NCBI GenBank assembly: GCA_030704615.1 | Contig: CM060733.1 | Location: forward strand, 5,084,001-5,148,000 | Direction: 5' to 3' | DNA from: Takakia lepidozioides | Lineage: Eukaryota > Plantae > Bryophyta | Length of the DNA: 64,000 bases | Part shown: piece by piece, positions 50,238-61,383 of the stretch | How positions within the stretch are numbered: position 1 is the first letter of the stretch | Layout of the letters: each line of letters begins with the position of its first letter | Program-made: the position numbers and the translations under genes | The notes under the pieces: model-generated | The model's database searches: none | What the model was told of the DNA's origin: nothing | The model's input: the letters and a program-made list of their open reading frames with translations, nothing else

Positions 50238-53200
50238 CATTTGTCATTTCAAGGAACGAATTCTAAAAGCGGAACAAGAGCTGCGTGATTGGGAAGAATG
50301 GCGGGCTTGTCGGAAGGCTTCAAGGGCATCAAGTAGAGTTGGCAGTAACATTTCAGATGACAATGTCAGCCGGTTTCACCTTCCTGAAAGTATCTCCGTT
50401 TCCTCTGGTGCGGAGACCGTTGCAAGTGGCTGTGGTAACCGGAGGCGTCTTCGGACACATGCCTTGACTGCGAGCCGTTTGGGAGGAGGCTTCGTATTAT
50501 TAATGAGTTAGTATAAGCTGTGACGGTTTTATGGCTTCAGAATCTATGGCTTGTATGGCATTAAGTCCATGAACGGATGAACGGTTAACATTCATTTTTC
50601 TGTTGGTCCATTGCCTTGAATGATATAATCTCAAATAAAATATGAATGTTTCATATCATCAATTAGGTCCCGACAGACTCGTTTTTCCATGTTGTCATCT
50701 TCATCATATGCCATCATTGTTTCATATTTGGTTCTGCCATTGTTCCATGTTTGTTTGTGTATGTCATTTTGGATATCGGAGCTCTCATCATTGTTTGATT
50801 CGTTGTTATATAGTGCACAAATAGTCAAATAATTATAGATACATCTCTTTATTTCTATTATAGATTATATTTATTCATATATTTCTGGACCAAACAAAAG
50901 TCCAAAATTAGTTAAAGTAGTGTTCATACATTTTACTCAGCAATGAGGATGAACCCAACTAGCTTCTAAGATTTAACAACCCCAATATCTTTCTCCTGAC
51001 TTTACTCTTTATAGATCTAAAACTGTGGGGATTGTACCCAACACCCACAATGTTTATCAACTGTATATACATAGCCTTGATGTCTGGTGTGGTATTGCAG
51101 GAAAAGCTAACATGGACCATCCATATACGACTGCCAGGTATACATGTGATTTTGCAACCTTGTTATCAAATTATTGATGGATAATTAAGTACACCCATGC
51201 TTTACAGCTAAAAGTAACTTTAACTTAAGTAGAGAAGTTAATTTAACCCCCCCAACTTGACTCAAATATCTTGGAAAAACTTCCACAGCTTTCATTTGGT
51301 AGACGGTTTCAGCCACATTTATGAGCTTGGAATTATTCTTGATGTTCAACCAGACCTCTGTGCCTGCCTCAAACTTAACCTCCCTCCGCTTTCGACTCGC
51401 CTGCCGTTCCTACCATTTCCTAGCTTTGGCAATGTTGTACTTTGCGAGCTTCAACAAACGCTCGCGTTCTTCCAGCACTGCCGGTTCCTCAACGTCCTGG
51501 GCGGCCCAACTTGTCGGCACCAGAGGTGCTTTTCCATAAACCAATACGAAGGGGGAAACTCCTGTTGCGGAATGTTTTGTGTTATTATAACAGAACTTTG
51601 CCGCATCCAAGTGCTCCACCCAGTCCGATTGGTCTGCCGACACGTAATTCTGCAAGATCTGCTTCACCACGGAATTCACCCTTTCCGTTTGGCCATCCGT
51701 CGTAGGTCAGAAGGCGGTGCTCATTTTGAGCCTCGTCCCCATTTTCTTCCAAAGTGCCCTCCAAAACTTACGTGTAAACTTTGGATCGCGGTCCGAAACA
51801 ATATCCTTCGGAAGTCCATGATGCTTGAAGACGTGGGCGAAGTAAAGTCGCCCCGTCATGCGCCGTTTGCCGTCTCCTTGGTGGGGATGAAATGGCCCAT
51901 TTTATTGAACCTATCCACCACCACCATGATTGCATCGAATCCTTTTGACAGCGGCATAGCAGTCATGAAATCCATCGAGACACTTTCCCAAGACCCCTCT
52001 GGAATCGGCAAGGGTTGTAACAGCCCCGCTTGCTTTTTGTACTCACTCCGGTTTTGTTGCCATGTGGTGCATGTCTTGACATACTCCTTGACCTCCTCCC
52101 TTAGTTTGGGCCAGAAATACTCTTTTTTCAAGAGTGCTGCGGTGCGCTTTGCTCCGTCATGGCCCGCAAGCGGGCCATCATGGCATTCTCTCAAGAGACT
52201 ATATCTGATCCCTCCCATCAGTACATAGAGACGTTTTTGCTTATACCGGAGCAGTCCATTCTGCAAGTGGAACTGCGATTTAACCCCCATCCTCAAGTCT
52301 CGCATCACGGACTTCGCCATCTCATCCTTCCGGTAAGCTTTCTGGATCTTCCTGTGGAGCGTCGTCTCGCCCTTGTACACTAACATGAGCTGCTGCTTTC
52401 TACTTAAAGCATCGGCCACCACATTGTCTCGTCCCGGTTTGTACTGGATATCCACGTCGAACACCGCCAAAGTGTCTTGCCACCTAAGTTGTTTTGGGGA
52501 CAACTTAGGCTGCGTGGCAAAATACTTCACCGTGACATTGTCCGTGAACACCTTCACCGGGTTAGAACCAACATAGTGGCGTCAAAGCTCAAGGCAATGC
52601 ACCACCGCCTTCATTTCTTTCTCGTGCATTGGCCACCGTCGCTCCACTTCATTCAGTTTCTTACTTTCGTAAGCCACTAGACGTCCATCCTGCATGAGTA
52701 CACCTCCAATCGTGAAGTTCGACGCAATCGTATGAATATCAAATGGGCGGTCGAACTCCGGGATTTTCAGGGCTGGAGCTTCCGCCATCCGCTACTTCAA
52801 CTCGGCAAAAGCTTGGCCACAAAAGGTGTTCCATACCCATACCTTGGATTTACACAGAAGGTTTGACAACGGCCCCACGATCTTGGCGAAATTTCTCACA
52901 TACTTTCGGTAATAGGAGGTGAGTCCTAAGAATGATCGCACTCCCGGGACCGAAGTTGGAGGCTCCCAGTCCAAGATCGCCCTCATCTTTCTGTCATCCA
53001 TTTTTATCCCATCCTGTGTAATCACATGCCCCAAGAACTCCACTTTTGTGACCCCTTACCGGTGTCATAAAGGAGTGCGACGCTTCTGTGTCCACCAACA
53101 ACGACACGTTAGTTCCGGAGATTATCCCACTCACAAACATTAACTGACTCCCTTTACGCAAGGCGCCAGTTTCCTGATACAACTCACAAGAGTAGTTGCC

Positions 53201-54405
53201 TACCTTGCAAGTCTTGGCGACCACCGCCTCCACCAAGCGGCTGATGGAAGCTTCGGATAACTCCGTGGTTGCCCGAGTCATGTTCAATTGTCGGGGATTC
53301 GTACACTTCTTGGCCATGTGCTCGGGCTCCCCACAATTGAAGCACACTCTATCGAAGGTCGCCTTTTGTCCGCCATAAGGCGTCGCACCTGATTTTCCTT
53401 TCGGAGCACCGGGTGTCGTCTTGGCGTGTGAAGGCCCTCCCTTCGATTTCCACGTGCCATTGTCGCCGCGTGGCCTATCCCACTTCTTTTTCGGTCGAAA
53501 AGAGTCACCCTCCCATCGGGTCTTCTTGTGGTTTAGCTCCGTACGGCCTTGTCTTTCGCCCCTAGAGACATCCGAGAAACATTCAGCCCTCTCAATTGCC
53601 TCGTTCAAAGTCTTAGGTGGCTTCTCCTCCAACTTCCGTCTGGCCCATGGGGCCAGACCCGCCACAAAGTTGAAGACCATTTCTGGTTCTGCCATGTTCG
53701 CGACTTCGAGCAACAACACGTTGAAAGCCTAAACATATCCCCGAATGTCATCCGTTTGCTTCAGATTCCTCATCTTGTCCCGGGCGAGCCAGGATGCGTT
53801 GAGGGGCACAAACTGTCTCTTCATCAGTTCCTTGAACACACTCCAGTTCAAGGTTTCCGGGTTTGGACCTCGGTCGTGAAGGCGTTTCTGCCACCATTGT
53901 TGAGCATAGTCCCTCAAATAGGTGGGAGCCACTTCCACCCGATCCTCGTCACTCAACTTGGCCGCCCGGAAGTATTGCTCTAGCTCCAAGAGCCAGGTGT
54001 TAAGTGTCTTCTGATTTCGGACGCCCTCGAAGGTTCCGGGTTCCTTAGGCTTCACCTTAAACTTTGCCTTAGTGGAAGTGGCATTAGCCGCCTTCAACAC
54101 GTCTTTCAACGTCCCGCCAAACTGCGCCAACAACCTTTCCCAAAAGGCTGCTGGCATGGGAGACATCTGTTGGTCTGTCGGAGCTCTCTAGAATTCCTCG
54201 GGCTCTGACTCCTCAGATTCCTCTTGTTCTTGAGCGGCCTCATTTTCAAAAGCATGCATCGTCTCCTCAAATGGCCGCTTCGGTGACACGTCGCCCCCAT
54301 CGGGCTCACCAGGATCATCATCTTTCAGGCCGTTCCGCTTTCGCTTTGGCTTGCCCGACCCCATGATGAGGCCGATCCCAAAGACGATCGCGTACTGAAC
54401 TCTAA

Positions 54406-54417
54406 GCTCTGATACCA
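54406..54417 (-). promoter_or_regulatory. Primer-binding site for tRNA-iMet
   Basis: TGGTATCAGAGC on the minus strand, 2 nt after the LTR end. Confidence 0.92.
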
Positions 54418-54419
54418 AG

Positions 54420-55148
54420 TGTCGCGCACCTCACTTCGGTAAGCTCCTCTTCAAGTCATAGATACTCGCTCTGATGCGCGCGCCTAACTCCCTAACTGGC
54501 CGTCGGGCCAACTCGGAGCTTCGGCTGCTCACCGGGACATAACGGTCCTCTTTTACTCCTCCACAAGACCCTCTCCCAATTTGGGCCTAGTGGAAATTCC
54601 CTTTGGTCGATGGCAGTCCGGAATAGCTCCCCACACCTTGGTCGCTTTCCGGCTCGCACGCTTACTCACTAGTTTTTGGTCACCAACGGGCTTGCACCGT
54701 TCTCGGGGTTACTACTCCCCCTATATTTACTTCTGTGACTGTCCGCGGGGGTTTCACAAACAACCATGCCCTTTTATGGTGAACTACCACGAAAACCCTC
54801 GATTCCCAGTGATGAGTCGCGGTGAGCCTTGGCCCACTCACCACGATCCCATTGGACCGTGATGAGTCCCAAGACTCCCCATGACTCCCACCACAAGGTC
54901 TCCACCCCCATGGTGAGTCCTATGCCACCCCCACTAAGTCCCACTAAGCTACCACCACCCCTTGTGGAGCCACCCCCACCGCAACTCGGTGTGCAGGGCT
55001 CCACCTAGTGAGCGCCTTTGCATCCTTGAGTGCCTTAGGCACTCAAAGGTGCTTCAGCCCCCCGTACCTATCGCTGCCACTGCCCCCACCACAGGGGCAG
55101 CCCCTCCTGCGTCCCGACCCCCTGCCCTCGAGGCAAAGGGCCGCGACA
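54420..55148 (-). repeat. 5' LTR (729 bp) of gypsy copy 1
   Basis: TGTCGCG...CGCGACA inverted termini, adjacent to the PBS and homologous to 60400-60463 plus 60749-61383. Confidence 0.9.
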
Positions 55149-55360
55149 GTTTACCTCGATCATTAACAATATCATGCAGCTAAGGCCTAAAAGCCAATAT
55201 ATATATATATATAAACGTCTATTTGCCTTGATTATGAACGATCGTGGATTTGGTCTCATGCTGCTAAGGTTTGTTTTTTGTTTTTTAACAATATATACAT
55301 GCATTTGTCTCCATCGTGAACGATCGTGGATTTGGCCTCACGCAACTTAAAATATTTATT

Positions 55361-55595
55361 TTGCACATGGGCTGGTAGTTCAGCTGGTAAGTGCACAGCG
55401 TGTCGCCTTGGTGGTTCGGGGTTCAAACCCGCTGCCCTGCCCCGTGTGTGGATTTGTTCTTGACGGTATGTCTGGGCGTTGATCATCATGTAGGCCTCAG
55501 TGCCCATAAATGAAATAGGGTTAATTTTTCCCCCTCCTCAAGGGCCTAAATTGTGGGTTGTCGCTCCCAGGTTTCCTTTTAAATAATAATAATAA
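55361..55595 (+). mobile_element. tRNA-derived SINE (~235 bp)
   Basis: A box tagttcagctgg (55376-55387), B box ggttcaaaccc (55420-55430), (AAT)n tail, and perfect 13-bp TSD taaaatatttatt (55348-55360 / 55596-55608). Confidence 0.88.
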
Positions 55596-55979
55596 TAAAA
55601 TATTTATTGTTTTTATTTTTAAAAAAAAAAACAAAAAACTTAGGCCAACTGTATGTGCAGTTGTTGGGAACCACAATTGTTGACAATCATGGTAGCACTA
55701 CCTTCTGCAGTGTTGTGTTTTGTTCATGTGTGTATGCACTGATAGTGAAAATGTAAGAGTTTTCATGTCTACAACCTTTTTGTCAGTCAAACAAATATCT
55801 GATTTCTCACGGTATTAGGTCTTCTTTCACCTGACCTCGGGTATAGGTCCTCTTTCTTTGCACTACCACCCTGCGCTCACGCTTATAAACCATGAGCCCA
55901 GGCTCACACTCTGGTGGGAAAGCATGAGCCTAGCTCATAGGGTTCATGCCATAGCTGCGCTGAAGCCCAGGGTGCAGTG

Positions 55980-56200
55980 GGATTAAGCAACGCTTGTACG
56001 ATCCATTTGGCCAGGGGGGCATTTATCTACAATTCAAAATCGAGAATACCAAGACCACTATGTTTTTTACTCATACAAATCTGACCTCTTCTTTGCCCCG
56101 CTCTTCACCTTCAAGTCAGACCGTCACAATTCTGAAAGATGCTTTGTGATGGTTCTTAACAACGTTCAAAATAGTCGGATGCTTCCTGCTATGCCTCTTT
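55980..56200 (-). mobile_element. Degenerate L1-type LINE ORF2 fragment
   Basis: Minus strand reads QICMSKKHSGLGILDFEL*INA/LAKWIVQALLNP, similar to the plant L1 post-RT motif IC.PK..GGLG+.D...N.ALLAKW. Confidence 0.5.
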
Positions 56201-56324
56201 CTCATTTTAAAGATTGGGTTACTGACTCTCTTTCTCTTGCTTGGTTCATTGGCTCATTGGTTTAGAGCTCTTCCTATTTTGTTCTCCTTCGAACCAGGAA
56301 ACAGTTCTCGTCCAGTCTTGACCA

Positions 56325-59300
56325 GCTCGGGCACATGGCCAAGAAGTGCACGAAACCCCGACAATTGAACATGACTCGGGCGACCACGGAGCTGTCGGAA
56401 GATACCATCAGTCGCTTAGTGGAAGCGGTGGTCGCGAGGACTTGCAAGGTAGGCAAATTTTCTTGTGAGTTGTATCAGGAAACGGGCGCCTTACGTAAAG
56501 GGAGTCAGTTATTGTTCGTGGATGGGATAATATCCAGAACTAATGTGTCGTTGTTGGTGGACACAAGAGCGTCGCACTCCTTCATGACACCGGCAACGGC
56601 ACAAAAGCTGGGACTCCCGACAAGTGACGTGGGGGCCTCTATTGAGGTGCATTCTGCCAAAGGAGAACCACAGTTGGCGACAAGGTTGGCGTTTGATATT
56701 CCTCTTCAACTGGGGAGTTGGGAGGGACGTGAGAACTTCACCATCTGCGAGATCGATGGAGTAGATCTTATTTTGGGGATGACATTTTTGAGCAAATCCG
56801 GAGCGGTCATAGATGGCCGCAAGAGAGTAGTCACGCTGCCATGTGGGAATGGTGGCGAGGTCTTACGAGTGTCGGAAACGCCCAAATCCGTGGGAGGGCG
56901 AATAAACCTTCTGTCAGCAAGGGAGTGGGCCGTGGAGGAGGCACACGAACCCCTGTTTTTGCTTTACATTAGAGAAGTGAAGGGAGAAGGCGATGGGGAG
57001 CCGAGCCCAGATTGGATCAAGGGGATTTTGGAGAAATACCAGGATGTGATGCCGGAGGATTTACCAAGCGGCTTGCCACCGCGAAGAGGAGTTGACCACA
57101 AGATTGAGGTGATACCGGGAACGGAACCGCCTGCCAAGGCGCCCTATCGGTTGAGCCACAGAGAGTTGGTCGAGCTGAAGACTCAGCTCAAGGATCTAAT
57201 GTCAAAGGGGTACATCCGGCCGAGTAAGTCACCTTACGGAGCCCCGGTGCTATTCGCAGACAAGAAGGATGGGACGCTGCGGATGTGTGTCGATTACAGG
57301 GCTTTGAATAAGGTGACTATTAAAAACCGGTACCCTTTGCCAAGGATCGACGACCTTTTCGACCGGTTGGCAGGAGCGAAGTATTTCAGCCGGATCGACT
57401 TGCGCTCCGACTATCATCAAATTCGGGTGGCGGAAGGAGATGAGGAGAAGACCGCATGCAGGACAAGGTATGGTTCATATGAGTTCTTGGTGATGCCTTT
57501 TGGGCTCACCAATGCACCTGCAACCTTTAGCACGCTGATGAACAGCCTTTTTCAGGAGTGGTTGGATGACTTTGTGATCGTGTACATCGACGACATCTTG
57601 GTGTACTCGAAAACAAAGGAAGAGCACCTGGAGCACCTCAAAAGGGTATTCCAAAAGTTGCGGGAAGGGAAGCTGTATGCCAAAGCTTCAAAGTGCGAAT
57701 TCGGGGTCACGAAAGTGGAGTTCTTGGGGCATGTGATTACACAGGATGGGATCAAAATGGATGACAAAAAGGTGAGGGCGATCTTGGACTGGGAGCCTCC
57801 GACTTCGGTCCCAGGAGTGCGATCCTTCCTAGGACTCGCCTCCTATTACCGGAAGTACGTGAGAAATTTCGCCAAAATCGCGGGGCCGCTGTCAGACCTT
57901 TTGTGTAAATCTAAAGTCTAGGCATGGAACACCTTTTGTGGCCAAGCTTTTGCTGAATTGAAGCAGCGGATGGCGGAAGCTCCAGTCTTGAAAATCCCGG
58001 AGTTCGATCGTCCGTTCGAGATACATACAGATGCGTCGGACTTCGCGATTGGGGGTGTACTGATGCAAGATGAACATCCAGTGGCTTACGAAAGTAAGAA
58101 ACTGAATGAAGTGGAGCGACGGTGGCCGATGCATGAGAAAGAGATGAAGGCGGTGGTGCACTGTCTTGAGCTTTGGCGCCACTATGTTGGTTCCAACCCA
58201 GTTAAGGTGTTCACGGACAATGTCACAGTGAAATATTTTGCCACGCAGCCTAAGTTGTCCCCAAAACAACTTAGGTGGCAAGATACTTTGGCGGTGTTCG
58301 ACGTGGATATCCAGTACAAACCGGGACGGGACAATGTGGTGGCCGATGCTTTAAGTAGAAAGCAGCAGCTCCTGTTGGTGTACAGGGGCGAGACGGCGCT
58401 CCAAAGGAAGATCCGGAAGGCTTGCCGGAAGGATGAGCTGGCAAAGTCCGTGATGCAGGACTTGAGGATGGGGGTTAAATCGCAGTTCCACTTGCAAAAT
58501 GGACTGCTCCGGTATAAGCAAAAACGTCTCTACGTGCCAAAGGGAGGGATCAGAGATAGCCTCTTGAGAGAATGCCATGATAGCCCGCTTGCGGGCCACG
58601 GCGGAGCCAAGCGCACTGCGGCACTCCTGAAGAAAGAGTATTTCTGGCCCAAACTGAGGGAGGAGGCAGAGGAGTATGTCAAGACATGCACCACATGCCA
58701 ACAAAACCGAAGCGAGTACAAAAAGCAAGCGGGGCGGTTATAACCCTTGCCGATTCCAGAGGGGACTTGGGAAAGCGTCTCGATGGATTTCATGACTGCT
58801 ATGCCGCTGTCAAAAGGATTCGATGCAATCATGGTGGTGGTGGATAGGTTCAGTAAATGGGCCATTTCATCCCCACCAAGGAGACGGCAACGGCGCAGGA
58901 GACAGGGCGACTTTACTTCGTCCACGTCTTAAAACATCATGGAGTCCCGAAGGATATTGTCTCGGACCGCGATCCAAAGTTTACGAGTAAATTTTGGAGG
59001 GCACTTTGGAAGAAGATGGGGACGAGGCTGAAGATGAGCACCGCCTTCCGACCTACGACCGACGGCCAAACAGAAAGAGTGAATTCCGTAGTGAAGCAGA
59101 TATTGCGGAATTACGTGTCGGCAGACCAAACAGACTGGGTGGAACACTTAGACGCGGCAAAGTTCTGTTATAATAATACAGAACACTCCGCAACGGGAGT
59201 TTCCCCTTTCGTATTGGTCTATGGAAAAGCACCTCTGGTGCCGACAAGTTGGGCCGCCCAGGACGTTGAGGAACCGGCAGTAGCGGCGGTACTGGAAGAA

Positions 59301-61383
59301 CGCGAGCGTTTGTTGAAGCTTGCAAAGTACAACATTGCCAAAGCTAGGAAACGGTATGAAAGGCAGGCGAATCGGAAGCGGAGGGAAGTGAAGTTTGAGG
59401 CAGGTACAGAGGTCTGGTTGAACATCAAGAATTTCCGACTATCTCCGAAGTAAGTCCGAAGTTCGTACCTCCGTATGCGGGACCCTTTCGCATTCGGAAG
59501 GTTATGAATGAGGATGTGTATGAATTGGAGCTATCGGCAAACAGTAAGGTGCACCCAGTATTCCATGTATCCCTTTTGAAGCCTTACTTCAAAGATGAAG
59601 CGCGTCCGAATCGGCATCAAGTGTTACGTCCACCACCTATGCTGTTGGATCATGAAAATGAACCTGAGTACGAGGTGGAGGCAATACTTAAGTCGAGGAG
59701 GTTCAGGAACCGAGAAATGGAGTATCTCGTCAAATGGAAGGGCTATCATCATGTGGAGGCATCTTGGGTGCGTGCCTCAGAAATGGGAAACGCATCCGAG
59801 GCGGTTGCAGCTTTCGAAGGGCGACCTCAAAAGCGGAAGAAGCGTTGATGGGGACATCAACCTTGGAGCGTGGGGGAGGAAATGCATGCTTAGCCCGGCT
59901 TAGCTAGCTCAAGAATCCAATTGCAAAAACTTGTATTGTACAAAATTTGCTTTAAATGAAATATTTCAAAATGTTGTGCTTCCTATTTTGTTTGGAATGG
60001 TGATGCATGGTATGGTTGGCTAGTGTGTAGAAGGGATGCTAGCTTACAAAAGCGGGAGAGGTAAATTGGGTTAATCGTGTGTTTGCGCAGTGCCGAAATC
60101 GGGTGACTCCCATCCGAGGGGCAAGGAAACTTGCGCCTTCTTTGGGAGTTCACGTGCTAGTGCGCACATGGCGCGTGCGCGTACTATAACTGCGCTACCG
60201 AGGGGGTTGCCTTGTAGTGCAGGCTAACGCGGAAGCCACGTGCTTCCGTTCACGTACTATAATCGTGTAGCCTCGGGACGAAGTCGTAGTGCGGCTTCGG
60301 CGTGTTCCCGTACCTCAGGCCAGCATTCCAAGGCGGACCCAATTGTAGTGATTGGGGCGCACGGTTGGTTCAAGGTTATCTTCCTAGTCAAAGAGGGTTC
60401 CACCACAGGGGCAGCCCCTCATGTGTCCCGACCCCCTGCCCTCAAGGCAAAAGGGCCGCGACACACACCCCTACCAACAGGGAGTCGATGTCCTCATCGA
60501 CTTGTCCATTTTGTAGAAACGAACATCCAAGTTGTGGCGTCCCACATCAAGGAGTTTGTTTCCGTACCATGGCGTCCCATGGCAAAGAACCAAACCCCAC
60601 ACTTGACTCTACTCTCCACTAGCTAGTTCGGCCGACTTCCTCCAAGTCTCGGCCAAGGGTGGAGCCTCTCAAGCTCCTCCCAGTGCACTCTTCTTGGCCT
60701 ACTTCAAGGCCAAGGAACGATCCTCCCCGAGGATCGAATCGCCTTACTGCTGAAGCACCCTTGAGTGCCCAAGGCACTCAAGGAGGCGGAGGCGCTCACT
60801 AGGTGGAGCCCCGCACACCGGGTTGCGGTGGGGGTGGCTCCACAAGGGGTGGTGGTAGCTTAGGGGGACTTAGTGGGGGTGGCATAGGACTCACCATGGG
60901 GGCGGAGACCTCGTGGTGGGAGTCGTGGGGAGTCTTGGGACTCATCACGGTCCATAGGGGCCGTGGTGAGCGGGCCAAGACTCACCGCGACTCATCACCG
61001 GGAGTCGAGGGTTTTCGTGGTGGTTCGCCATAAAATGGCATGGCTGGTTGTGAAACCCCCGCGGACAGCTACAGAAGTATATATAGGGAGTAGTAACCCC
61101 GATAACGGTGCAAGCCCGTTGGTGACCAAAAACTAGTGAGTAAGCGAGCGAGCCGGAAAGCGACCAAAGAGTGAGGAGCTATTCCGGACTGCCATCTACC
61201 AAAGGGAATTCTCCTAGTCCCAAATATGTGGAGGGTTTAGTGGGAAGCGAAGGGGGACCGTTATGTCCCGGTGAGTAGCCGAAGCTCCGAGTTGGCCCGG
61301 CGGCCATGTTGGGAGTCAGGCGCGCGCATCAAAACGAGTAACTATGACGTGGAGGGGAGCTTACCGAAGGGAGGTGCGCGATA
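56325..61383 (+). mobile_element. Ty3/gypsy chromovirus, copy 2 (5'-truncated; PR-RT-RNaseH-IN-chromodomain and rearranged 3' LTR)
   Basis: Motifs: [76 protein letters not shown], chromodomain EYEVEAILKSR..EYLVKWKGY..ASW. Stops at 57919, 58741 and 59451; frameshift at ~58856. The LTR ends ggtgcgcgata at 61383. Confidence 0.96.

Larger units (their letters stand above)
51335..55148 (-). mobile_element. Ty3/gypsy chromovirus-type LTR retrotransposon, copy 1 (5' LTR, PBS, gag, partial pol; 3'-truncated)
   Basis: LTR 55148-54420, PBS, gag with CFNCGEPEHMAKKC knuckle, protease LLVDTEASHSF fused by a ~1.1-kb deletion (~53058) to the RT end VEFLGHVI, then RNase H and integrase. Multiple stops. Confidence 0.95.

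Noticed and set aside
51257-52228. 323-aa plus-strand ORF
   Set aside because: Antisense shadow of the gypsy integrase.
55361-55440. Possible tRNA gene
   Set aside because: No convincing cloverleaf; the body, tail and TSD indicate a SINE.
55867-55974. Small element with caccctg..cagggtg inverted ends
   Set aside because: No TSD and only one copy visible.
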